Shown here piece after piece: positions 28,092 to 37,219 of a stretch of DNA of 64,000 nucleotides (its first letter is position 1; the number at the start of each line of letters is the position of its first letter). Source of the stretch: Escherichia phage vB_EcoM-LTH01; sequence record PP430345; one strand, given 5' to 3'. Position numbers and translations under genes: made by a program. The notes beneath the pieces are model-generated. The model was given only the letters and a program-made list of their open reading frames with translations, did no database searches and had not been told where the DNA came from.

Positions 28092-28937
28092 ATGGAAGAA
28101 ATCGTAATGAATGGTCCGGCAAAAAACATTTGGGTGTCTCCAGTAACTTCTAACGATTGGCGTATTTATGTTACGGATCTGCACAATTCACCTGAAGCAC
28201 ATATCGAGGCTGTTGACCTGATTCGTTCAGCACCAGAAGGTGATATTGTAAATCTGTACATTACTTCTTGCGGTGGTTATTGTGATATCGCAGATATGTA
28301 CATGACAGCGATCTCTGAAGCTAAGGCGACTGTTGTGACACACGGCATTGGTGAAGTGGCAAGTGCTGCAACAATGATCTTCTTATCTGGTCATGTTCGA
28401 ATTTGTCGTCCAGGTTCTCATTACATGTTTCACAACGTCCAGATGAGTATGGGTGGTGACTCGGCGCTGGTATTTAAACGTAGCGATTTCTACAAAGACC
28501 TGTTCAAAGAGAAATACTACGATCTGTACAAGGGTGTTATGACAGAAGATGAACTCGTTGAACTGTTTGATCGTGCTGGCGAAATTTACTTCACTTCCTC
28601 TCAGATGCAAGCCCGTTTGACCGCTGAAGATGAAGCAATTAAAAAGCAAATGGAAGCCGATCAACAAAATACAGGGGGGATTAAGGTTGAAGGGTCAATC
28701 GAATCGAGTGATGTTGATGATGCGAAGGAAATCGGAGAGGGAGAATTTGAAATCGTCCTCGACGAAGGCTACGCCAAAAAATTCAACATCTTTACTCTTA
28801 ACCCGCGAGACTTTGACGAGTACAACCTCGACGAACTAGACGAGATTGCGGAATGTTTCGGTGTTGAACAGTACGTTTATTATCGTGACGAGTTAATTGA
28901 ACAGATCATCACTGCGGCGAAAGAAGGGGGCAAATAA
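28092..28937 (+). CDS. ClpP-like serine protease with acidic C-terminal extension
   Basis: ITSCGGYCDIADMYMT...GEVASAATMIFLSG...MFHNV catalytic Ser/His context; acidic tail. Confidence 0.7.
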   Translation: MEEIVMNGPAKNIWVSPVTSNDWRIYVTDLHNSPEAHIEAVDLIRSAPEGDIVNLYITSCGGYCDIADMYMTAISEAKATVVTHGIGEVASAATMIFLSGHVRICRPGSHYMFHNVQMSMGGDSALVFKRSDFYKDLFKEKYYDLYKGVMTEDELVELFDRAGEIYFTSSQMQARLTAEDEAIKKQMEADQQNTGGIKVEGSIESSDVDDAKEIGEGEFEIVLDEGYAKKFNIFTLNPRDFDEYNLDELDEIAECFGVEQYVYYRDELIEQIITAAKEGGK

Positions 28938-28939
28938 GA

Positions 28940-29449
28940 GTGGCAGCATTGAAACCTAAAGCAGAGCGCCGTGAAAATGATCGCTATGAAACTCCGAAAT
29001 GGGCAGTAGATGCTTTCTTGAATTTAGTTCCAATCCGTCAGGATTGGACTTATCTGGAACCTTGCAGAGCCTCTGGAAGTTTTTATAATGAAATGCCAAT
29101 TGGTTCAGCCTGGGGAGAGATTCAAGAAGGTGTTGATTATCTTGCAACTAAATACAATAAGGTAGATTGTGTGTTAACTAATCCACCTTACAATTTAGCT
29201 CAAGAGTTTGTAGAAAAAGCGCACAAGGATGCTGATGTAGTGATCATGCTTCTTCGTTTAGGTTTCCTTGAGAGTACCAAACGTGTTGAGTTCTGGAAGC
29301 AATACCCTGTTGATCACTTAGTTACTTTATCTAAGCGACCTTCTTTTACTGACGATGGTAAAACAGATGGTGCAGCATATGGTTATTTTATTTGGGATAA
29401 AAAAGGTAAACTTGGTTTAACAAAACCTTTTTACTGGATTCACCCTTAA
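28940..29449 (+). CDS. DNA N6-adenine methyltransferase (short phage Dam type)
   Basis: YETPKWAVDAF, EPCRASGSF (motif I) and LTNPPYN (motif IV NPPY). Confidence 0.7.
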   Translation: MAALKPKAERRENDRYETPKWAVDAFLNLVPIRQDWTYLEPCRASGSFYNEMPIGSAWGEIQEGVDYLATKYNKVDCVLTNPPYNLAQEFVEKAHKDADVVIMLLRLGFLESTKRVEFWKQYPVDHLVTLSKRPSFTDDGKTDGAAYGYFIWDKKGKLGLTKPFYWIHP

Positions 29450-29455
29450 ATTTAA

Positions 29456-29509
29456 AGGTCACCTTTGGGTGGCCTTTTTTATTGACTTGAATTCATGGAT
29501 GTGTATAAT
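29456..29509 (+). promoter_or_regulatory. fused terminator-promoter module
   Basis: AGGTCACCTTTGGGTGGCCT + T6 running into TTGACT - 16 nt - TATAAT. Confidence 0.65.
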
Positions 29510-29534
29510 GATAGTCATCAACTAGGAGAACATA

Positions 29535-29864
29535 ATGAAATATTACATTTACTTTCGAAGAGTGTTTGGTATCAAGACAAAGAAATTAGAAGGCTACGAG
29601 ATGAAGGTCACCCTTGAAACTCTCAACAACCTTGAAGATTACGATGTTATTCCTGTTGCACCAAAGTCAGAAGATGAGTATAATCGTTTTGAAAGGATGC
29701 TTAAGTTAGTTGAGTGTCCGATCGATAATATTTCTTTTGTTAAGCAAGACCCGCTTGAAATCATCAACTATCTTCGTGGTCAAAAGCAAGACATTAAGAG
29801 AAATACAAACTGGAAAGAAGAAATAAAAGATTGGTCTTTAAACTTAAGAGGGGAAAGAGTATGA
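29535..29864 (+). CDS. hypothetical protein
   Basis: first ORF after terminator-promoter module. Confidence 0.5.
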   Translation: MKYYIYFRRVFGIKTKKLEGYEMKVTLETLNNLEDYDVIPVAPKSEDEYNRFERMLKLVECPIDNISFVKQDPLEIINYLRGQKQDIKRNTNWKEEIKDWSLNLRGERV

Positions 29865-30025
29865 CTAGAAATGGTAGTTCAGCATACGAGAAGGGCCGAG
29901 CAGCCGGATTCAAGTTTGGGATGTTCAAGAGAAACAACCCGTATGATCCAAACACCATGCCGGAGCAATTTCAAGATTGGGAATCAGGATTTACAAAAGG
30001 GTATCAAGAAAAGGGGTGGTTATGA
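29861..30025 (+). CDS. hypothetical small protein
   Basis: ATGA overlap; SD GAGGGGAAAGAG; track start 29831. Confidence 0.4.
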   Translation: MTRNGSSAYEKGRAAGFKFGMFKRNNPYDPNTMPEQFQDWESGFTKGYQEKGWL

Positions 30026-30066
30026 GTGGATATGTGGGGATGGAAATAATAGGAGAAGAGAGAGTA

Positions 30067-31317
30067 ATGAAAGTTTACTTGGTAGGTGGCGCAGTTCGTG
30101 ATGAACTGATGAGTGTTGAAAGTAAGGATCGGGACTATGTAGTCGTCGGCGCGACCCATGAAGAAATGATTGAAAAGGGATTTACTAAGGTTGGTGCAGC
30201 TTTCCCTGTGTACCTTGAACCAAACACAAAAGAAGAGTACGCTCTTGCTCGAACGGAAAGATCAACAGGTCCTGGTTATCACGACTTCGAGGTTGTGTTC
30301 TCTCCCGACGTTACAATTGAACAAGACCTGATGCGAAGAGATTTGACCATTAATGCTATTGCCAAGGATCTTTCTACGGGTGAAATTATTGACCCTTGCG
30401 GTGGTGTACTCGATATTGAACTTCGTCGGTTACGTTGTGTATCCACTAAAGCATTTATCGAAGACCCTTTACGTGTATACCGATTAGCCAGATTACATGC
30501 CAGATACGGCGGCGAGTTTACAATTGATCCTGAGACTTGGGGAATGTGCAAGGATGTTGATTTAAGTGCATTGCCAAAAGAGCGTAAATTTGCAGAGATT
30601 AAGAAATGCTTTAGTGATCAGTCAGAAATGAATAAACCTTCGGTAATGATCCGTATGTTGACTCAACTGGGAGAATTTCCTGAGCTTGTGGATTTATACG
30701 ATGTTGTTCAACCCAAGGAGCACCACCCTGAAGGTGATGCATTTGTTCACACTTTACTTTGCATGGATTATGCCCAAGCGACTCGTGCAAGTGAAGCTGT
30801 GAAGTGGGCAGTTCTGTGTCACGACTTAGGGAAATGCATTTATTGGTTAACAGGTAAATTGCACGGGCATGAAGAACATGGTATCAAGTTGACTGAACAA
30901 GTTTGCGATCGCTTTGGTGTTCCTAACAATTGGAAGAAGTTAGCTTTAGCTGTAACTGAGCACCATACACGACTTCACCGTATCAAAGAGATGAAGCCAA
31001 AGAAAGTTTACGACTTGTTGGTAGCCTTACGTGGTGAAAAGGACCAGGCATTCCTTTCTGAGTTTATTGACGCTTGCATCTGTGATGCTCGTGGTCGTGG
31101 CCCTGAAAAAATGTTTGACAACTACACCCAGCCTTTGGTATTATTCTCAGCACTGGCGGGGATTGTTCAAAACAGCGTTGCAATCTCAAAAGAAAGTAAA
31201 GAGATTTCTGAAAGATTTGCTGGACGTCCAGAAGAGATCAAGAATAGAATCCGAAATGTAAAAGTAAGGTACGTTACACAATACATCGATAAGATGAAGG
31301 AGAGTGAAAATGGTTGA
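30067..31317 (+). CDS. cca: CCA-adding tRNA nucleotidyltransferase with HD domain
   Basis: MKVYLVGGAVRDELM head motif; HD motif LCHDLGK; ~416 aa like bacterial Cca; track start 29977 is an upstream extension. Confidence 0.85.
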   Translation: MKVYLVGGAVRDELMSVESKDRDYVVVGATHEEMIEKGFTKVGAAFPVYLEPNTKEEYALARTERSTGPGYHDFEVVFSPDVTIEQDLMRRDLTINAIAKDLSTGEIIDPCGGVLDIELRRLRCVSTKAFIEDPLRVYRLARLHARYGGEFTIDPETWGMCKDVDLSALPKERKFAEIKKCFSDQSEMNKPSVMIRMLTQLGEFPELVDLYDVVQPKEHHPEGDAFVHTLLCMDYAQATRASEAVKWAVLCHDLGKCIYWLTGKLHGHEEHGIKLTEQVCDRFGVPNNWKKLALAVTEHHTRLHRIKEMKPKKVYDLLVALRGEKDQAFLSEFIDACICDARGRGPEKMFDNYTQPLVLFSALAGIVQNSVAISKESKEISERFAGRPEEIKNRIRNVKVRYVTQYIDKMKESENG

Positions 31318-31633
31318 AGGTTATTTGATCGGTTGTCTTATTAGTTGCCCACTTTGGTTCTTACTGATCAAATTACGGCAGAAGGGTTTTAACATTCCGT
31401 TCCCCAAGGATAGTGAAGACCTGTATATCCTAGAACCCCTGAACAATGAAAATGTAAATTTACGTATGGTCATGGTTGGTTGGCTATGTGCAACATTCTT
31501 CTGGTATCTTGTTTACCCAATTATTATCTGTGTTGCAATTGGGTCGTACTTGGTGTTCGGTATAAAAAGTTTATGTGGCCTTACTATAGGGAATGATAAA
31601 TTACTAACTAAGATCTTTGGGGTTAAAAAATGA
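31310..31633 (+). CDS. small membrane protein (paralog 1 of tandem pair)
   Basis: WFLLIKLRQKGFNIPFP motif and two TM segments. Confidence 0.5.
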   Translation: MVEGYLIGCLISCPLWFLLIKLRQKGFNIPFPKDSEDLYILEPLNNENVNLRMVMVGWLCATFFWYLVYPIIICVAIGSYLVFGIKSLCGLTIGNDKLLTKIFGVKK

Positions 31634-31950
31634 CAAGTTTATTAACGTATATTTTATGTTGCATTATAAGTTCTGCCGCTTGGTTCTTGTTAATCAAGCT
31701 TCGCCAGGGTGGGTTTCGTATCCCTTTGCCAGAAAACAGTAACTTACTCGACCCTTTAAATCACGGAAATGTTAATTATAAACTCCTGATGCTAGGTTGG
31801 TTAATAATGACTGTATTCTGGTTTGTAGGGTGGCCTTTCTTGATTTTGTTTTATGCTCTTGCGTGGATTGTTTATTCAACTATGGTTGTTTATAATCTAA
31901 CGATTGGTAATGAAAAGTTTGCAAAACGAATTTTTGGAGGTAAGAATTGA
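31630..31950 (+). CDS. small membrane protein (paralog 2 of tandem pair)
   Basis: WFLLIKLRQGGFRIPLP motif shared with upstream gene. Confidence 0.5.
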   Translation: MTSLLTYILCCIISSAAWFLLIKLRQGGFRIPLPENSNLLDPLNHGNVNYKLLMLGWLIMTVFWFVGWPFLILFYALAWIVYSTMVVYNLTIGNEKFAKRIFGGKN

Positions 31951-32402
31951 AAACTCGGATGTACGTATTGGTAAACAGCTACATGATGGGAATCCAAGCA
32001 GGTATCCAAGCAGCACATGCAGCAGCAAACCTTGTAGGTCATTATGGCTTTGCCTATGCCGATCGATATGATGACAGATACAACCTTGTAGATCAGTGGC
32101 AAAGCAAAGACCAAACAATGATCTTGTTGAACGGAGGCTATCAATCGAAGATGCTTAATTTTGCAGAAGGATTTTTAGCTCCAAACATAGAGAAGATTCC
32201 TTACGCATTTTTCTGCGAGGAGAATGATTCTTTGAATGGTGCACTTACGGCTATTGCTTTTATTCTTCCTCAACATATGTGGGATGTTAAGTTAGTTGAT
32301 GGTCGTTGTCCTCTTTTCTCTGATACAATCGATCATAAGTATACGCAAAAAGAAATGGACTTTATCGAAGCATTTAAATCTTTCAAGCTTAAGCAGGGGT
32401 AA
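31947..32402 (+). CDS. hypothetical protein; tentative PTH2-like peptidyl-tRNA hydrolase fold
   Basis: MYVLVNSYMMGIQAGIQAAHAA loosely resembles the PTH2 VVRxDLxMxxGKxAAQxxHAA motif. Confidence 0.45.
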   Translation: MKTRMYVLVNSYMMGIQAGIQAAHAAANLVGHYGFAYADRYDDRYNLVDQWQSKDQTMILLNGGYQSKMLNFAEGFLAPNIEKIPYAFFCEENDSLNGALTAIAFILPQHMWDVKLVDGRCPLFSDTIDHKYTQKEMDFIEAFKSFKLKQG

Positions 32403-32404
32403 CT

Positions 32405-32803
32405 ATGAAAGTTTCTGAATTGATTGAAGAGTTGCAGAAGTGCCGACCAGATGATAAGGTGTCCATCCCTGTTGAGGTAGGGCATGTAACAATTGGCGGG
32501 ACACCACGCCGTGAAGTAGAGGCAGTGTACAGAGGATTTGACTGGGACAGCAAGCAAGTATTTTTGCATATTTGTGCAGATGAACGCTTGACAGTAATGT
32601 CTAAAGAGGAGTATATTGAACTCATCCGATACAAGCAGTTGGTTAGCGGAATGCGTGGTAAGCAGGACATTGAGCATCTGTCGGATGTATTTGTGAAGAA
32701 AGACTTTGTTATCGAGCGCCTCCAGCGCTTGTCACACGTCGAAGAGTTAGAAACTTTCGAGATCTCGAATCTCATTTCTGAAATTATTGAGGAGAAATTA
32801 TAA
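32405..32803 (+). CDS. hypothetical protein
   Basis: 132-aa ORF. Confidence 0.5.
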   Translation: MKVSELIEELQKCRPDDKVSIPVEVGHVTIGGTPRREVEAVYRGFDWDSKQVFLHICADERLTVMSKEEYIELIRYKQLVSGMRGKQDIEHLSDVFVKKDFVIERLQRLSHVEELETFEISNLISEIIEEKL

Positions 32804-33198
32804 TGACTGCACCAATTTTTGAATACGTTACACTGATCTCTTTCTTTATCTTGGGGCTGATTATCCAGATAGTGGCAGTTGCCTATTACAATCTGAACAT
32901 CGATACCATGAAAAATAAAATCGTATATCAGAAAAAGAAAAGTGTAATTGGTTATTTGTTTACATTCCTTCTATCAGGTTTTGCAATGTACCTCTCATAC
33001 TCTCTGATGCTTTGGGCGGGTAATGTTTCAGATATTGCCACCGCGATTTTAGTGATTCACTGGACTGGTGTAATTTATAGTACAATGATGTGCTTTAAGA
33101 AAAAGCTTAAAATCACCAGTCATGGACTTTATGGGAGCTTCTTTTATACGTTGACACTTGTTGTGTTGATGATCATTTATGGTGTGAAATGCCTATAA
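32803..33198 (+). CDS. membrane protein (multi-pass)
   Basis: four hydrophobic segments. Confidence 0.5.
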   Translation: MTAPIFEYVTLISFFILGLIIQIVAVAYYNLNIDTMKNKIVYQKKKSVIGYLFTFLLSGFAMYLSYSLMLWAGNVSDIATAILVIHWTGVIYSTMMCFKKKLKITSHGLYGSFFYTLTLVVLMIIYGVKCL

Positions 33199-33288
33199 AT
33201 AAAAAAGATTGCACAAGCTGCGTAAACTTTATAAAGATTAAACAGGCCAACTGGGTTGGCTTGTGTGACTTACATGATTGGAGGATAA

Positions 33289-34416
33289 ATGGAAAATTCA
33301 GTTGTGAGTGCTGGAAAGGTAAAAAGTATCGTAGAGAAGATGGAAAAGCATCCAGACGTAGCAAAGGTCTTGATGTTGAGTCTGGCAGGATCTCATGCGT
33401 ATGGTACGAATAACGAAGGCAGTGATATTGATATTCGTGGGGTTTTTGTTGCAACTCCAAATGTGGTTCGTACCCCATTCAAAGAGGTTACTGAATTAAA
33501 CATCCCTGGTGAAGAGGATGCCAAGATCTACGAGTTGGGAACTTTCCTTCAACTGTTTTCGAAGATGAACCCAAATATCATTGAACTGGGTTTTACTGAT
33601 CCGAAAGCCACATTGTACGAGCACGAAGCTTGGAAAGAGATGAAAGAACATTTCTACTCCTTACTGTCTCGTGAAGTTGCATTTCGCTTCAGTGGTTATG
33701 CAATGTCTCAGTTAAAGCGGATCAAGGGTCACAACAAACACATTAATAATCCGCAACCAAAAGAGCCACCAACTCAATTTGACTATTTCCGTCTGGTGCA
33801 GAGCTATCTCGGAGAAGGTGAGTTGAAGTATGAAGACTTTGTTCGTAAATTTAAAAACATGGAAGGCTTCTGTACTCTGGTTCCTTACGGTGGTAACATT
33901 TACGGTGTTGTAGAAGATCGTAGTGAAGATGTTCAACCAATGTTTAATAAAGATGGTTCTATCCGTAAGCTGGATTATGAAGAAATCCCAGAGGAGGTTA
34001 AAAGAGGTAAGACACTGATGATTGTTAAGTATTGTGCAGACGATCATAAATGGGCCAAGGATAAACATCACAACTACTGGGAGTGGGTTAAGAATCGTAA
34101 CGAGAAGCGTCATGAACTGGAAGAGAAGTTCGGTTACGACACTAAACATGCTATGCATTTGGTCCGGCTTCTTCGGATGGGTGAAGAAATCCTCACAGAA
34201 GGTAAAGTTTTAGTGAATCGACCAGACGCTGAAGAACTCCTCGCAATCCGAAATGGTGAATACCGCTATGAAGAAATTGTTGACTGGGCTGAAGAAAAAG
34301 ATAAAATGATCACAGATGTTCTTTATAAGCAATCGAGCTTACCGAAGAAAACAGATCTGAAGATTGTTGAAAAACTTATTCTGGAGGCACAAGACAAGGT
34401 ATGGAAGGAAACCTAA
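33289..34416 (+). CDS. Pol-beta-superfamily nucleotidyltransferase
   Basis: LSLAGSHAYGTNNEGSDIDIRGVF = GS-x(9)-DxD NTase motif; ~300-aa helical C-terminal region. Confidence 0.6.
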   Translation: MENSVVSAGKVKSIVEKMEKHPDVAKVLMLSLAGSHAYGTNNEGSDIDIRGVFVATPNVVRTPFKEVTELNIPGEEDAKIYELGTFLQLFSKMNPNIIELGFTDPKATLYEHEAWKEMKEHFYSLLSREVAFRFSGYAMSQLKRIKGHNKHINNPQPKEPPTQFDYFRLVQSYLGEGELKYEDFVRKFKNMEGFCTLVPYGGNIYGVVEDRSEDVQPMFNKDGSIRKLDYEEIPEEVKRGKTLMIVKYCADDHKWAKDKHHNYWEWVKNRNEKRHELEEKFGYDTKHAMHLVRLLRMGEEILTEGKVLVNRPDAEELLAIRNGEYRYEEIVDWAEEKDKMITDVLYKQSSLPKKTDLKIVEKLILEAQDKVWKET

Positions 34417-34889
34417 TCTATGAAAAAATAATCACTGCTCTGAACATGGATGTTCAGCGAGAAAGATTTTTCGTTATCCGATGGATTGAGGAAAGATTAG
34501 CAAAAGATCAAGATAACGAAAAAGAATTGATAGAGGAAGTTACTGTAAGACTTACTGAGGAGTTTTCTTACAAGGTAAGCAACGGTATAGTTCAAAACGT
34601 GATTTTGTTTTCCGAGATAGATGACTTCTTCATGGAGAAAGATAAGCCTACGATCGATGAACTTAAACTTCTTGAAGCTTCTATGCCAAAAATGTTCGCT
34701 TGGTTAAGTAGACTCTGTGTTGAAATACAGGAGGCATTTGATCATCCTCACTCTTGCAGTATAGACTATCATCCTCGTGAGGCTGTTTGTAGTGGACAAG
34801 GGTGCGGAAGGATAGGTTTTGTAAACTACAAAGATTCAGAAACCAATTGGCAATTCTTCTGTGGAAGATCTCCACGGTGTTGCCCATAA
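34401..34889 (+). CDS. hypothetical protein with Cys/His-rich C-terminus
   Basis: HPHSCSIDYHPREAVCSGQGCGRIG...FCGRSPRCC. Confidence 0.45.
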   Translation: MEGNLIYEKIITALNMDVQRERFFVIRWIEERLAKDQDNEKELIEEVTVRLTEEFSYKVSNGIVQNVILFSEIDDFFMEKDKPTIDELKLLEASMPKMFAWLSRLCVEIQEAFDHPHSCSIDYHPREAVCSGQGCGRIGFVNYKDSETNWQFFCGRSPRCCP

Positions 34890-34902
34890 GGGGAGAGGAA
34901 AA

Positions 34903-35406
34903 ATGAAAATTTTAAAATTACTAACGAAACTCCATAACGAAAATAAGGTTATCGAATTTCATACGGAGCAAGAACTCAACTTCTTCGGAAGTTTCAGTAC
35001 AGAGGACAATCTTGTCGAAGGATTTTTTAAATTTAAAAATTTCGATACCCTCTTTGTTGTGGAGTCTTTAGAATACATTGTGTATTTCGAAGGTGTTTGG
35101 CGTTTAGCTGCTGGAAAATTTCGTGTTGTCGGACATGAAGAGATCGAAGAACAAAAACCAGGTTATCATCTGGATACTTTCCCTCGTGGAGAACTTGGAG
35201 AGATCACTAAGATTCAAGAAGAACTTGATGAACTTAAGGATGCAGCCAAACAAAAATGCAAGATCATGGAGTTGGTAGAGCTTTCTGATCTGGTCGGTGC
35301 TATGGAAGCCTACCTGAATAAGCATCATCCAAACACTTCACTGGAAGACCTGATGGTTATGTCAAAAATCACTAAACGTGCATTCCAGAATGGTAAGCGA
35401 GGCTAA
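34903..35406 (+). CDS. hypothetical protein, possible MazG-like helical domain
   Basis: ATG after AAGGGGAGAGGAAAA; ELGEITKIQEELDELKD...ELVELSDLVGAMEAYL. Confidence 0.5.
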   Translation: MKILKLLTKLHNENKVIEFHTEQELNFFGSFSTEDNLVEGFFKFKNFDTLFVVESLEYIVYFEGVWRLAAGKFRVVGHEEIEEQKPGYHLDTFPRGELGEITKIQEELDELKDAAKQKCKIMELVELSDLVGAMEAYLNKHHPNTSLEDLMVMSKITKRAFQNGKRG

Positions 35407-35407
35407 A

Positions 35408-35986
35408 ATGTCAAACATTGACTTCACATTATTTATTGATGCTCATAGTTGGTGGAAATGTAAAGGTTTCAATGATAAGGTTGTCCCAAGCTATGTAGAT
35501 GATGAAGCTATGGACCATACATGCCCCGAAGATGTTACTGATCTTCGCATTGTCCAGAACGGGAAATATGCAGTGGCTTCAGCAGAGCAATCATTCCTTC
35601 AACTCGACAAAGAGGGGAAGTTGGAAGATGGCAGTTGGATGGCTGTGACTCCATGCTTTCGTGATGAGATGGTTCTTGATGATATTCATTTCAATATTTT
35701 CTTAAAGATGGAACTGTTTAGAAGTGCCAGTAGTAAAAAGAATGCAGAGAAGATTTCTCACGAGATCGCAAAAGATGCCATATCGATGTTTACCCTCTTA
35801 GGGATTCCTCGTGACGTACTCTTTTTAGTTAAGACTCCGATCGGTTACGATGTTTATTGTGACGATATGGAGATTGGGTCCTACGGTGCTCGAAAAACAC
35901 TCACTGGTAAATGGTATGCATACGGAACTGGCCTGGCTGAACCAAGGACTTCGATCGCGATTCAAAAATATCGAGGAAATGAATAA
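35408..35986 (+). CDS. hypothetical protein; tentative minimal class-II aminoacyl-tRNA-synthetase-like core
   Basis: VTPCFRDE...HFNIF (motif-2-like fRxE) and YGTGLAEPRTSIA (motif-3-like GxGxxxxR); start moved to ATG after stop overlap. Confidence 0.45.
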   Translation: MSNIDFTLFIDAHSWWKCKGFNDKVVPSYVDDEAMDHTCPEDVTDLRIVQNGKYAVASAEQSFLQLDKEGKLEDGSWMAVTPCFRDEMVLDDIHFNIFLKMELFRSASSKKNAEKISHEIAKDAISMFTLLGIPRDVLFLVKTPIGYDVYCDDMEIGSYGARKTLTGKWYAYGTGLAEPRTSIAIQKYRGNE

Positions 35987-36187
35987 AATTTCACATTAAG
36001 GTATACCCTATGGGTCAGATCTGGTCCATAGGTATTTTCTATGTATTAAAATCGATTTAAGTTATTTAAATACTTTTTTGAAGTCTTGTTGTAAAAATTA
36101 ACAACATAGTGTTCATGACCGATCTTCGCTGTTGTATTTTTTCATAATATGATAAAATGTGTTCAGCTTAGTGGAAGGATGGTCATT

Positions 36188-36646
36188 ATGTACTTTACAT
36201 ATGTAAGTCAACTCCCTATGTTAGCTGACAACGTGGAACTAAATTCTGGAAAGAGATTGGAGTTTTTTGACGGATTCGTCAGAAGGGCCAGTCCCGATCA
36301 GGAAGGATTTAGAGCATACGTTTTTTATGACAAGTTCCGTTCGGTCAGTTATCGGGTGACAAAGGATGGTCTTCTCATAGAAAGTTATGATGGTAAAAAG
36401 TATCACAGCAGCTTTGTCGCAAACACAGAAGGTACATTTAAGTACACACCTTTTGCGGAAAATGCTGAAGATATCCATGTTAACTCTTTCATTATTTTGA
36501 CAAACAAGATGGAGAAGGAGTACAGACGCAGATCAACTTTCATGGGAAAACTTAAGCGAGTAACCTCTGACCCCATTATGATAATTTTTGTTGCAATTGG
36601 ATTTCTGTATGCTATAGTTACTGCATTCGTGGTGATTAGTAGCTAA
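36188..36646 (+). CDS. tail-anchored membrane protein
   Basis: C-terminal IMIIFVAIGFLYAIVTAFVVISS; ATG after GGAAGGA; track start 36149. Confidence 0.45.
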   Translation: MYFTYVSQLPMLADNVELNSGKRLEFFDGFVRRASPDQEGFRAYVFYDKFRSVSYRVTKDGLLIESYDGKKYHSSFVANTEGTFKYTPFAENAEDIHVNSFIILTNKMEKEYRRRSTFMGKLKRVTSDPIMIIFVAIGFLYAIVTAFVVISS

Positions 36647-36652
36647 CTTTAG

Positions 36653-36684
36653 GCCAGTCACCGAAAGGTGGCTGGCTTTTCTTT
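36653..36684 (+). terminator. intrinsic terminator
   Basis: GCCAGTCACCGAAAGGTGGCTGGC + TTTTCTTTT. Confidence 0.7.
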
Positions 36685-36697
36685 TATGGGGGTTTTA

Positions 36698-37219
36698 ATG
36701 AGTAAACGTAACATTGAGAATCATGTTCTGAATGCGTATGGTAAAGGTGCTCGTTGGATTGGTTGGGATCATTGGATCAAGCACCAGCCTTTCTTTAAGG
36801 CGGCAGAAAAGAAAATTGAAGAGTCTGTTGCAGTTGGGAATCGCAAAAGCATCTACGTTTATGCGATATCTGAATCAAATTGGTCAACTCCTGCAATAAC
36901 TTTGTATCTTGATGGAAACACAGGAGAACTGGAATGTGTCAAAATCCTGAGCGTAGATGATGTTTACACGGTATTAAATATCTATCGTGATTCAACTGTA
37001 TTGATTAAAAGAAATGAGGCCCAAGTGGTGTTTGAGGACTTATTTCAAAACCCTACGCATCCGACAGATGAAGAACTCGATCTTTTCACGGCGTTGTATG
37101 GGGATGATGATATTCTTCTTGACTTGAACCCAATGTTCTTCCAGCGTGTTCAACATCTGAACAAAGCTGCTGTAAAGAATGCTATGAAATTTATTGTTGA
37201 CGAGGACATACCATTTTGA
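36698..37219 (+). CDS. hypothetical protein, member of C-terminal ALYPE-motif paralog family
   Basis: C-terminal DEELDLFTALYGDD; ATG after terminator; track GTG start lies inside the hairpin. Confidence 0.5.
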   Translation: MSKRNIENHVLNAYGKGARWIGWDHWIKHQPFFKAAEKKIEESVAVGNRKSIYVYAISESNWSTPAITLYLDGNTGELECVKILSVDDVYTVLNIYRDSTVLIKRNEAQVVFEDLFQNPTHPTDEELDLFTALYGDDDILLDLNPMFFQRVQHLNKAAVKNAMKFIVDEDIPF

